Source of the DNA: Camelus dromedarius
Lineage: Eukaryota
DNA length: 64,000 nt
Direction: 5' to 3'
NCBI RefSeq assembly: GCF_036321535.1
Contig: NC_087437.1
Location: 29,514,001 to 29,578,000 of the forward strand
The notes beneath the pieces are model-generated. The model had not been told where the DNA came from and made no database searches. It was given only the letters and a program-made list of their open reading frames with translations. Below, one piece after another: positions 39,313 through 52,419 of this stretch; the first letter of the stretch is position 1; each line of letters starts with the position of its first letter. Made by a program: the position numbers and the translations under genes.

Positions 39313-41002
39313 ATATTCTTCTCTTGGTCATTTATAAATTCATTAGCATAATAAAAGCTCTGAAAAGCCCTGCAATAAGGAAATCCACTTGACTTTGTTT
39401 AACACACAATTTTCCAAGCTCTCTAGATCAGAAGATACCTGATAATTTCCCTATGAATTAGCATCCTCATGCTACATACTTTAGTAAATTGCCACACGCT
39501 TAGTAAGCATTTGACTAGAGATCTCAGAAGGCATAGAAATGCAACATTCTGTAATTAGATAGTTAAAAATATGAAAGACTATGTCCATAGCCATAATTGT
39601 TCCTGGATCCCATATGTCTTAGGATTCATTGCTACCCGTAACATCTGTTGACATAAGCCATTACTCAAAGAGTTAGCATCCTCTCTCTCCCTAGGCGCTG
39701 GATGTGCCAGTGACCTTAGACGGCTTCACTAAAAACACTGAAAATTTATCCTTCTTCTTTACTATGATTTATCCGGGTCTGGCTGTTGGTTTAAACCTGA
39801 GACAGATGATGATCTAATTCCTAGATAAAAGTAAAGGAGAGAAAATCAAATGCCTTTCTTTGGAATTTGACTTATGTTCCCCAGTTTACGGTATTAGGAG
39901 CATGTGGTCAGCATTCTCCTGCTAGTGTTTGAGTTCCCTCTTCTTCTACCTTGCAATCAGTGAAGAACAGTTACTCAACTTTCTCTTTCATATATGTGAT
40001 GGCATTTATGTCAATCCAGTAACCATGATTGTATTAAACTAATAGACTAAAGGACTAAACATATGGAAATGCTTTATTCATATTAATACTTTTCAAATAA
40101 CTATCTACATCTAAGAGTGAAGGTTATCATCACTGTATATAACAGGTTCCCTATTTTCAGAGCTCTGTGTTAAGTGCAGGTGAGCCTCGAAGGAGGTAAA
40201 TGCCGTGACTCTTATCCTACATTCTAAATAAAGAGGAAGTGCATATAGAAAAATAATTGGGGAAAATAGTGCTTTATCATTTGTTCTCAGAAATGAATGG
40301 TGCATTTCTAATTTTTATAACTTCACGTTGCTTCAATAGTAGGGTTTTTTAAAGAGAGAATTAACATTTAAACCAACAGTTTTTCAATATATTTACATTC
40401 TGACAAGGAATTAGACTGGAAATAGGGCAGTTATCAGTACGGTTCTGAGCATAGCCTGATAATTACTCAGTTTGTCCTTTAAGCCAGACCAGGCTGTTGC
40501 GTGGCTTCTAGGCTAAAGGAGTTGCAATAAAAGAGAAAGTAAAATCTGAAAGGGTAAGAACCCAACTGCAAGTACAAGGCATTCACTATAATGGTTCTAG
40601 TTTTTGCAGCAATGGGAGATGCAGCCAGTCACAACAGGAAATTGCTCGCCAGGGATACGAGAGTGCACTTAGCACGCACAGCAGGCTCCTGGTGTGGAGC
40701 TTCAGTAAGCTAGAGCAGCAGCAGAATCTTTAGAAGGTGTGGTCAGCAAAGTCGCTGCTTTGGATTCAGCAACAAGAGGAGCTATCCCCACCACTAGTAG
40801 AAGGAAAAAGAACGAAAGGAGAAGGAGGCGGCGTGGATCATTTAAGACAATCCACTGAGCACATGTGAGGAATCTGAAGGGGGCTAGAGTTCTTAGGACA
40901 CTATGGGTTTGAATACTTATTTTTACTCTAAGACAAAAATGGTGTTAAAAAATGTGAGTAATACCAGAAAAAGAAGCAACAGCATATGCAGAAATAATTT
41001 TT

Positions 41003-41598
41003 AACACATTTTTATTGAGTTATAGTCATTTTACAATGTTGTGTCAAATTCCAGTGTAAGCACAACTTTTCAGTTATACATGGACATACATATATTCATT
41101 GACACAGTTTTTTGCTGTGAGCTGCCACAAGATCTTGTATATATTTCCCTGTGCTATACAGTGTAATCTTGTTTATCTATTCTGCATATGCCTGTCAGTA
41201 TCTACAAATTTCGAAATCCCAGTCTATCCCTTCCCAACCCCCTCCCCCTTGGCATCCATAAGTTTGTATTCTATGTCTATGAGTCTGTTTCTGTTTTGTA
41301 TTTGTTACTTTTTTTTTTTTTTTTTTTGGATTCCACATATGAGTGATCTCATATGGTATTTTTCTTTCTCTTTCTGGCTTACTTCACTTAGAATGACATT
41401 CTCCAGGGACAACCATGTTGCTGCAAATAGGGTTATGTTGTCATTTTTATGGCTGAATAGTTTTCCATTGTATAAATATACCACATCTTCTTTATCCAGT
41501 CATCTGTTGATGGATATTTAGGCTGTTTCCATGTTTTGGCTATTGTAAATAGTGCTGCTATAAACATTGGGGTGCAGGTGTCTTTTTGAAGTAGGGTT
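41003..41598 (-). mobile_element. Young 5'-truncated L1
   Basis: ORF2 C-terminus [45 protein letters not shown] agaaataattttt at 40990-41002 and 41599-41611. Confidence 0.93.
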
Positions 41599-41753
41599 AG
41601 AAATAATTTTTTAACAAAATAGATTTTTGGTAATCTTGGGAGCTTGTAGAAGAAGATTATGTGAGGCTGTGCTGAGGTCAAATTGTGTGAAGAAGTTGGG
41701 TAGAATGATAGAAAAATAATTATAAGCAGAGAGATAAAAGAGATGAGGCAATC

Positions 41754-41754
<1 letters not shown>

Positions 41755-41802
<48 letters not shown>
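41755..41802. repeat. (TAGA)12 microsatellite
   Basis: Read directly from the sequence. Confidence 0.95.
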
Positions 41803-43599
41803 ACGAACATGAAAATTTATCAGAAGCATGAACCCATTAATGGCTTTCCATCACTGGAAAAGCTGTGATCAAGTGTTGGAAAGCACGTGTATGTCTATGA
41901 GGCATTTTCTCTAAGTTAGCACTATACTAAGCAGGGCAGAAGTACAAAGAAGTGGCAGACACTTTCTCCTCTAGTCTTGTGGTTGATAGCTGAGACTGGT
42001 TAAAGGAGCATGCAGACCAGGAAAAATGGTAAAGTAGGGCAGATTACAAAGGAGTAAAAATAGAAAATAAAATCTTGTCACAGTAAGGTCAGGAAACATG
42101 AACTTCAAAAGATAGGAAAGATAACGTATTCTTGAAACATATAGACCTTAGATATAAATAGTGGGGAGCTTTTTTGCTGTTATTAAATATAGACCCTCTT
42201 TTAGCCCCTTTTAATTGCTCTCTGATCAAATGCATTATTGAGCCACCGTATAGGCTGAAAAAATACATTTTTAGAATGAAGAGGTATCTGACAATTGGAG
42301 ACAAGTTATATTAGTAGGCTTTCTAAAACATAAGTAACACATTAAATCTGAAAAATACGGAGTGGTAAAATTTCATATAGCATAAAAATTATGAGGGACA
42401 AAAATAAAATCACAAAATAATTGTTAATATCCATGAAGAGACTGAATGCTGAGAAAAAGCCAACTAAGATTTATTTTGAACATTCTGTCAATCTAATTGA
42501 ATCTCCTTTTATAAACAGTGTCTGATTTTTTTTTTTTACAAATATTTATTTTAAGTTTAGCAAATATGTTTTTGTCCCTTTAAACTATATTGGTTACCAC
42601 CAGACTGGTATGGTAAAATTGTAGCTCCTGATTATAGGACAGTGGAACTAAACAATAATTTCAAGCATAATTGTGGTATTTTTAATGTTACAGTACACAA
42701 TATATTTCAGCTCCATGACGACCTTTGAATGTACAATAAACATGTAAGTAGACAGCCCCATACTTCTACTAGGAGAAGCAGAAATTTGAACCACACCAGA
42801 ACTCCCAACCACAGGAACCTGGAAGGCACAGTCTCTACCCCCGGATAGTCTCACCCTCAAAATATAATGAGGGTGCTTGTCATGCAGGCACATTTTTCCT
42901 CTGAAAACATAGGCTCATCTCTCAAAACCCCTCCATTTTTCTCTTTACATATTTCTGCTTCAAATACTCTTTTAATAGGATTTTATGTATCAACATGTCC
43001 CTGATGGTTGGGAAAAAATCCACTTTGTTTCCTTTTCTGCAAAAATTGAGTATTAGCAATCCATTATAAAAGATTTGTGGGGAATCTTTACAACGTCCAA
43101 ATAAAGCCCTTTGTAACTAAGCATCTGTATAAGCGCTGTGGAAGTCTAAGTCCAGCATGGTTAATTACTGAGAAGATGCTTCCATTGTTAGCCATGTTAG
43201 TCAAGATTACATTAGATTCTTAATTAGTTTCAATTTCATAATCACTTCAAAGTTTTCTAAGTGCAATTCTTCTTTATTAAATAAATAAATGGATTTGGGT
43301 TATTCTGTGGGAGCTTATATTTGATAAGTATACTTTGTGACATTTCATATGGCAGAAGTCTTATGTTTTCAAGAAGAGTGATAATGATATTTACACTGAA
43401 AAATTAATTCAAATTTATAAAGGTTTTCCAATGCTTTTGAGTAATCCTTAAACATTGTTTTTAAAAAATCATATTTTTATGCCTCTAGTTTAAAAGATGA
43501 TATTATCCTAGTTAATAAAAAGAACAAGAAACATTAAAAATTTATTTTTAATAGACATAGGAGATGCATCTGTGAATCAGAATAACAGTAATATGAGTG

Positions 43600-46500
43600 A
43601 GGACTTCCAGATTTAGAGAAGGTAAAATAGTGGGAGGTAAACAGGGGAAGCTGGATGCCTGTGACTGCAGATCTCAGACTAACTTGGCAGAATTTCCAAA
43701 GTGAGTAACACAAGTCAACATCAACTCAACTGAGACATCAGAACATGTGGGCTCATGTTGGGAGCTTCCATGAACTAATATGGCAACAAAAAATCAGGGT
43801 AAGTAAAGCTGAATGAAGAATCCCACTGACATGCCTCATTTTCAGGAAGCTTTCAGTCAGTGGGACAGAGCCAAAGATAGTGATGTAAATGGAAGCAGCC
43901 CCCCAACTGCTCATTTATATTGTCTGGAGAAAAGAACTACTCAACGACACTACAAACTGTCCAGTCCTGTAATGAACCTCCTGCAAGTTACTGGTGCAGG
44001 GTGAGAGCCACCCTCAGAGATAACACATCATCAAAAACTAATCAGCATTTCTTCTTATCAAACATAACATCACATGAGAGAAGAAAGAAATAGGAAAAGC
44101 AAGTTACAAAGAACACTCACCAAAATAAACTTGTTACAGAGCTGAAGCTCCAAAATATTGTCATAAGTTAAAAACACTCGAAAGAAGTGGTTAGTTTTTT
44201 AAAGCAGCTACCCAAATAAAAGGTACAGAAGATCACAGAACATGAGACTGTATAACAAAGGAGTGAAATGTGAACTGAAAGAGCTTAGGAAAGTAGTGGA
44301 ATAGAAAGTAAAACGGTCACAGAAATAAAGGCTATGTTGGCAGAATTACATAAGACAAAATACTCAAGGAGCATGATGTACAACATTAAGACGAGCAAGC
44401 AAAATGAAATGGAAATAGGTAAAGAGGAGTTGCTTGGACCACGATGGCAGAGTAGGAAGACCCTGAGCTCACCTCCTCCCATGGGCACACCAAAATTACA
44501 ACTATTTATAGAGCAACTGTCAATGAGAATGACCTGAAGACTAGCAGAAATGATTTTCCACAGCTAAAGGTATAAAGAAGGAACCACAACGAGATGTGCA
44601 GAAGGGGCAGAAACATGATCTAGTCAATGCCCATATCCCCAGTTAGGCAACCCGGAAACGGGAGGATAATCACCAATGCGGAGATGGTCCCCAAGAGGCA
44701 GGGGTCTCAGTGCCACTTTAGGCTACTCATCCTGGGGGTTCTGCACCGAGAAGATGAGCCCCCATAATATCTGGCTTTGAAGGCCAACAGGCTTTCTTAC
44801 TGGAGAGCTGGAAGGCTGTATGAAACAGAGACTCTGCCCTTAAAGGGAGCCTGCAAAATCTCACATGCTCTGAGTCTCAGCACAGGGCCAGTAATTTGAA
44901 AGGACTTTGGGTCCAAACCATTTGCTGATCTTGGAGAAGCTCCTGGAGAGACAAGAGGCAGCTGAGACTCCCTTTGGGGACATAGATGCTGGTGGCAGCC
45001 GTTTAGGGAGCTCGTTCTACCACAAAGACACTGGTGCTGGCGAGTACCATTTCAGAGCCTGCCTTTTACCCGTTTAGTGCTGGGTGCTTACCTGCCCACC
45101 AGTGGGTCAGTCCCAGCACCCCTGGGCCTTGCAGCCAGCTGCTCAGGGACCTGGCCCTTCCCACCAGCAGTTTGGCACCACCCTCAGATCCCCATTCCCG
45201 GGTATGTAACTGAAAAGGATGAAGACACTAATTTGAAAAGATTCATGAACCCTAGTGTCCATAGCATCATTATTTACCATAGCTAAGCTATGGAAGCAAC
45301 CAAAATATCCATCAATAGACGAATGGATGAAGAAGTTGTAGCGTGTATATGTGTGTGTGTATATATATGTATATATGTAGTATGTATATATATGTGTGTG
45401 TGTATATATACATATATATACAATGGTATATGACCATGGTATATTACTCAGACATAAAAGATAATGAAGTCTTGCCATTTGCAACAACATGGATGGACCT
45501 AGAGTGTATTATGCTAAGTCAGATGAATCAGACAGAGAAAGACAAATGCCATATGATTTCTCGTATCTATGGAATCTAAAAAACAAAATAAATGAATAAA
45601 CATAACAGAACAGAAACAGACTCATAGATGCAGAGAACAAATAGATGATTGCCAGAGAGGAAGGGAGTAGAGGAAGGAGAGAAATCAGTGAGGGAGATTA
45701 AGAGGTACAAATTTCTAGGTACAAAATAAAATGAATATAGTCAATGATATTGTACTCTTTGTATGGAGACAAATGGTAAGTAGACTCATTGTGATCATTT
45801 TGTAATGTACAGAAATATTAAATTACTGTGTTGTGAAGCTGGAACTAACATAGTGTTGTAGGTCAATTATATGTCAATTAAAAAAAGAAAGAAAGGACAT
45901 GTAATCACAGTATTCTAATAGGTTTTACAGTGAACAATATTTACATTGTTATAATGATGGAAATACTAATTATTGATATAATTAAAAGTGATAAAATTTT
46001 GAGGAGATGATAAAGGAGGAGAGATGGAGGTATTAAATCTTCATCTCTTTTTATGTTTATAAATTTAAACATTGCTTTTTTTCTTTTCTTTTTATTGTAT
46101 CTATATGATATGATAGATGCTAATTAATCTTACTCTGGTGATCATTTCATAATATATGTAAATCAAACCATCAAGCTATACACAACGTAAAACACATAGG
46201 TATATGTCAATTATTTTTCAATAAAACTTGGGAAAAAAAGAGCTAAAGAGGACTACAGAAAAAAATAATTACTATGGAATGAAACATATACATAAATGGT
46301 TCCCCTAAAGGTGAGAAAATAATGACATAAAAATATTTGAAAATATAATGCAAAAACATTTTCAGAAATTAGAAAAAAATAATGAATCCAGAGACAGAAA
46401 AAGAACAGCATGTCCCAGGGGAAAAAATGAATATAGAATATCCGATTTATTTTGGAATAATAAAACCTCTTGACTTCGAAAGTGATAAAAGAGCCTTTCA

Positions 46501-46890
46501 AATGTTTATGTACAAAGATCAGAATATCTACAGATAAATGGTAGAACACCCAGCTCGTTTCCAAAATTTCCGCAGGAACAGTTAGAAGACAATGGAGTTA
46601 ACGCCAACGGTGTTTATTTAAAGAATGAGATTGTAACTCAGTTTCATATCCACCCAAATTCCCATGTAAGAATAAAAGCAGCAAACTAAACCTGCAAGAA
46701 TTCAGGATGTGTAGTGCCTATGAATTCTTTTAAAGAAACATGGAGTGAATTTCAGCCACCCAAGAAATAAATGGAGACACAGTGGCAAACAATACTGGTG
46801 GTGAGTATTAATTCCCTTTAACTCTAGGACTAAGACTAAACAGTTACAGAGATCAGAGTTACAGACAAAATGTGAAAGTTATCCATCCTG
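43600..46890 (+). mobile_element. Ancient L1/HAL1-like 5' and ORF1 relic hosting the 44429-46236 insertion
   Basis: A-rich ORF1-like sequence on both sides (aaatatttgaaaatataatgcaaaaacattttcagaaat; agaagacaatggagtaacgcc). Confidence 0.5.
44429..46236 (+). mobile_element. Composite L1: 5'UTR (44429-~45187), ORF2 end/3'UTR/A-tail (~45188-45892), extra flank, second L1 3' end
   Basis: YY1-like gatggcagag near the start of a GC-richer 5'UTR; ORF2 C-terminal peptide NEVLPFATTWMDLECIMLS; candidate TSD 44413-44428 / 46237-46252. Confidence 0.75.
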
Positions 46891-49454
46891 ACAGGGTTGT
46901 TACATTTGCTTGCTCTCTTTCTGTGTTAAGTAGAAAGGTGTCTTCCATCTTTGGAAACTCCTGTATGTCAGAGATGGAGAAGCAGTGAGATAGGTTGAGT
47001 TATAAAGAGGTCATATTCTGTTTAGACCATCAGGAAAGGAAAGAAGGCCCGCAGGGCTCAGGTTGGAAGCGCTTACCAAAAATAAACCTGTGTATTTGTT
47101 GATATGTGCCCTGTACTCGTTCTCAGAAATCGAGCCTGGGGATTGGTGTACAGAGGGGAGAGGTACCTCCCATATAAAGGAGTTTTCTAGAACACAACTT
47201 GCTTAGTTGTGAACATACTATCCTATTGTCTCCAGGGCTTAAGAGAAAAAAATTTCCTGTTTTACTAGGTATCCAAAGTTGAGTAGACTACTGGTTTCAT
47301 AATACACATTTAATATGGTTAAATAACGGTTGAATCTTCTATTAAATCCACATGATTTTAAACATCAATTTTCAGTGGTCTGTAAAGATATATTATGTAG
47401 ATGTCATGAGATTAAATATTTGCTTATCCTAAACTATCTAGGAGTTTTCTTGTTTTTTTAAAATTAATTTACTCTCAACACTTTTTTAAATGTATCGTTT
47501 CTTTTTCACCATTGTTATTTGAATTCTGATTAAATATATTCATTATCATGATAATTACATTTATTAAGCATTTGGTATATGCCATGCATTATTCTAAGTG
47601 TTTATGTGTATTTTCTCAATTAATTCTCTATTGTGAGGTAGGGACTATTACTGAGCACTTACAGATAAGGAAAATGAACTACACTGCACAGAAAAATGTG
47701 TATAAAGTGTAAATAGTGTATAAGAAAACAATTTTGAAGAAATTATTTAAACTAAGGTTTCAGTAGCTTTAATCATAAAGTAATAATAATGATCATTATA
47801 TTGATAATGATATTAAAAATAATAGAATTGTTTTGAGGATGAACTCACATAATGCCCGTAAAATGCTTTAATTATATACCAATTTATCAATAACATAATT
47901 GTTATTATTATTGGGTGGTAAAAATTCTCCATTTGGTCATCTCAATATAATTAACAACATTATTCATGAATTTTATATTTTTAAACTCAACAGGGTTATA
48001 CTGTTTTTCAGTAGAACTAAAAATCACTAGTTCCTTTCCACAAAGTAGATCTAAAATTTTGGTTTCTCAATGTTCCATGGAAGCAGAGTTCAGATTAATC
48101 TCTCAAGGGATCTTTATCTCAAAACCGTTAAGGACTGCTGATAGTGGAGTGAATTACCTAAGTAGTTGTTGGATGTAGTTTTTAAATAATAGGAGCTAAG
48201 GATTTTAAAAGCATGTGCTAGCAAAATCAGATTTATGTTATCTCCGTTGTCTGTTGGTCCCTTGACTTTCTTCTCTTTCCTAAAGTAACTGAATGGTCCT
48301 AAGAACAACCCCAAGCATACATGATTCAAACCAATTCATTAGAAACTGTTTCTCAAGGTTACAGTTTGAGTACAAAATATTCTAGCAGTCAAGATAGAGC
48401 TTTTCAAATATTTTACATGTTTACAATTTGTAAGAGGTTATAGGAGGTTTCTTCTTGTTTTTAATAGTAGTTTATTTTTCTCTTCTCTCCTAAAACACTG
48501 GTCTTTAAAATGAAGTCATAGTCCAGAGAAATTTTGAATACTTCATCTTTCAGTCCTTTTTCCCCCCTAATTATCCTTAGTCTTTGTTAAGCACGCATAA
48601 AGGAAAAAGGCTTGCTTTTCCAGGAGGAAGCAACTTAGCACGTAAGGTTTCCAAAAGTATTACTAATGCAGAGTGGATTTAATAGCTAGGAGGGGATAAT
48701 TGGAGCATTGCTTGTCAAACCTACAAATATTTAGAAATAAGCAGTAGAAGGATGAGACTCAAGCTCCTTTGTTCTGAGAAACTAAATCTGTATCTCTCAC
48801 ATGATCCTAGCCTCACTTTATTCTTTTGCATCTCCGCAATTTCGTGATGTAGATTATACAGCTTTGATCTCTACTTTTCTTTCCCTCCCACTCTGCTGCA
48901 TCTTATATGGGCATAAAATCCCCAGGCAAACACCCTCTAAGTGGCTGACTGCCAGAACTATTTTCCAAATCCTTGAATTTTTTTTTCTCCCGGTCTCATG
49001 CTTTGAATTTGGAAGTGAAATCCATTTATTTTAGCTTGTTCATTTGTTTTCTTTGGGCTGATGCAGCTTAAGTGCCATTAAGTGTTTCTATGATGTCTGA
49101 ACATGAGGGAAGAAGAGAAGTGCGAGACACATTACAAGCAGAGAGGGAACAGTAATGTCACAGAAATCCGAAACGTCGTTACACGCATCATGCCCAATAT
49201 TTTCCTCTCCACTGTTTACCATGTTCCTTCAAATTCTTTCAGGGAGTACTCACTTCCACCTTCACTAGTGGAATCTTATTTATAATTAAAAGAAAAAATT
49301 AATATTAAAATATGTGTCAAAGCAAAACTGTTGTCTTCACTTAATATTAGAGAAAATTTCAAGGCTTATGCATTATGGATAGTCCTTGTCCAAAAACTCC
49401 TAATTCTATTAAGGTGAGTCTTATTTTAAAACCTTAATATAAAAGTTTCAATAG

Positions 49455-49990
49455 GTTGATGGCATTAATCCTCCAGTTTTTCACCTCTCCCTTCATTCAC
49501 ATTCTTTGCTTTATGACTTTGCATGTCTTCCCTCAAACAAGGATGGAATATATTTCCCTTTTGATTTTGAATTCATCTGTGTGAGTCTGCTTTCCTCAGT
49601 GAGAGGCTAGCAGTGATGGTGCATTCAGGCCTTGAAAAAAAAAAAAACAGCACTTGTATCTGCCATTGCTCCTGCACTTATACACCTATGAACATGGCCA
49701 GGCTAGTCTGCTGGTGTTTGAAAGAAACGTGGAGCAGGACCACAACACCTAGTCATTTCAGCCAAGGCCATTCTGCATCAGCCAAAACCAGTCCATTTCT
49801 AATGTGTGAGAGACCCAGATCCATGATCAACAGAGCTGTCTTGTCACCCAACCTGACTGCAGGTACACCAGCCAGCCAAGAGCACCTGATCCTGTCAGTG
49901 TGAGATAAACAAATGTGTATTATTTTATTCCTTTAAGGTGTCATGTTTGTTTGTTATGCAATATTATTATGATGATAGATAATTGATACA
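49455..49990 (+). mobile_element. MaLR solo LTR (MLT1G/H-like)
   Basis: ttatgactttgca...gaacatggccaggctagtctgctgg...gtttgttatgcaatattatt...gataattgataca. Confidence 0.7.
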
Positions 49991-51012
49991 TAAGTATATA
50001 GACATAATATATGCACATATATAAACATGCATACATTATAGTATAAATACTTTGGAATGTGTTGGAGGGTAAATATGTGTTTCTGAATAGTTATGTGCAA
50101 CGTTTACATAAATGTGAATAAATTTTATGATAGATTTAGAAACTTTAAGAATAGTCACAAAAATAGATTGTATTTCCTAAAGCCACTTTACCTAAAGCCC
50201 CCTTTGCCTAAAAGTTTTCCAAATATTCAAACTCCCTTTCAGTGTGTGTGTGTATATTTGAATGGTTTACTTTTACTTTTTACATTATGAGCAAATTTTA
50301 GTATTTTCATTACCTAGTTCTTAGAATGTTTTTATTTTAATTCTGTATATTTAATAAATAGTAGATTTGCAACACTTTAGGAAAGACAGAAATATTTTAA
50401 GGTTTTATGTAACATTTTATTCCTTTTTTAGTATATTACCACCTAGTTAGTCAGAAGAAAAAGCCTTCTTCCTTCAGTTAAAAAGAGAAGGTTAACAATC
50501 AAATCCTCCCAATAATACTAAGCTATTAAATACAATCAACTATAGGTCTTGATACAGTTCACTTAGGGATTATCCTATGAACTGTGTTGTATATCTTAAC
50601 CCAGTGTTTCTCCATGGAATAAATATATTGAAACATTTTAATCTCATGTGACATGCTATGAACCTGAAATATTTCTAACTTTTCAAAAATGAAATATTTC
50701 AAATTAGTCTTTTAAGTGTTCAAAACAGATGTAATGGGAAAAGAAATAAACAACAATATAAAATAATCCCATCCTCATAAAAATGCTCTAAATTTGTTAA
50801 ACATCTACTATAAATATTTTTAAATATGTTAAATGTATCAAAGGCAAACTGAAACTTATTCCTCCTTATCTTATCCTGCCACCATCCATGTGGTCAAGAG
50901 AATAACTTGGAACTTAGAAAGAAGTGATTATTGACAGGGTGCCGTATGTTCAGTGGATGCCAGAAAATACTAAAATGTGATGAAAAATGGAAAGAGAACA
51001 AAATGGATTCTT

Positions 51013-51837
51013 TTTTTTTTTTAATCTTTGTTTTTTTTAATTGAAATATAGTCAGTTACAGTGTGTCAATTTCTGGTGTACAGCACAATGTCCCAGTCGT
51101 GTATATATACATATATTTATTTTCATATCCTTTTTCATTAAAGGTTATTAGAAGATACTGAATATACCTCCCTGTACTATACAGAAGACATTTGTTTTTT
51201 ACCTATTTTTATATGTAGTAGTTGACATTTGCAAATCTCAAACTCCCAGTTTATCCCTTCCCACCCCGTTTCCCCTGGTAACCATAAGATTGTTTACTAT
51301 ATCTGTGAGTCTGTTTCTGTTTTGTAGATGAATTCATTATTGTCCTCTTTTTTCTTTTTCTTTTTTTTGGGGGATGGATTCCACATATGAGTGATATCAT
51401 TTGGTATTTTTCATTCTCTTTCTGGCTTACTTCACTTAGAATGACGAACTCTAGGTCCATGCATGTTGCGGCGAATGGCATTATTTTATTCTTTCTTATG
51501 GCTGAGTACTATTCCATTGTATAAATATACCACAACTTCCATCCAGTCGTCTGTTGATGGAGATTTGGGTTGTTCCCATGACTTGGCCATTGTAAATAGT
51601 GCTGCTGTGAACATTGGGGTGCATGTATCTTTTCAAATTAGAGTTCCCTCTGAAAATACGCCCAGGAGTGGGATTGCTGGAACATATGTTAAGTCTAGTT
51701 TTAGTTTTTTGAGGAACCTCCATACTGTTTTCCATAATGGCTGCACCAAGCTACATTCCCACTAGCAGTGTAGGAAGATTCTCTTTTCTCCACACCCTCT
51801 CCAGCATTTTTCATTTGTGGACTTATTAATGATGGCC
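51013..51837 (-). mobile_element. Lineage-specific 5'-truncated L1
   Basis: Poly-T tail; [22 protein letters not shown]; 15-bp TSD acaaa(a/g)tggattctt at 50998-51012 and 51838-51852. Confidence 0.95.
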
Positions 51838-52419
51838 ACAAAGTGGATTCTTAAAGCTCAGGTAATTTATTTAGCACGACTCACACACACATACACACAC
51901 AATCAGAGCCATCCATCCCTAGGAAGAAAACAAATTTCTCATATAAACTAGACAAGAAAATACATAAATCCATCCTTGTTTGTCAAAGTAGATTCTAGAG
52001 GCTGAGAAGAAAGCCAACCAATGTCCTAATTCAGAGTCCTCCAGTCTTTCTTTCCTTGCTGTCACCATACATGGGGCCAGATTCTTTCCACAATGGAAAA
52101 CTCTTATAAAACTGTAAAATGTTGTTCAAGTATAACCTTTTCAACTTGCATTGGGAATATGGATTAGGAAATTTAACCCTAAGGTACGGTTCATTTTGCT
52201 TCTCCTGAAGGAATGGTACTAGATTGAAAATAAGAGCAGAAGCACCAGTAAGTGTTGGAACAAGAATCCCAGTTAGACCCATTTTATGTGACGATATGGT
52301 CTGAAACACTCTCCTAATCTGATCTAAAGCATTCATTAAAGATATGCTAAATGGCAAAAAACAAAAAACAAAAGAACAACAAAAGAAACACCAAGATTAC
52401 AACAAATAAAACTTACAGA

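Noticed and set aside
40111..40225. Minus-strand possible terminal exon (CRIRVTAFTSFEAHLHLTQSS...)
   Set aside because: No recognisable homology and no linked upstream exon.
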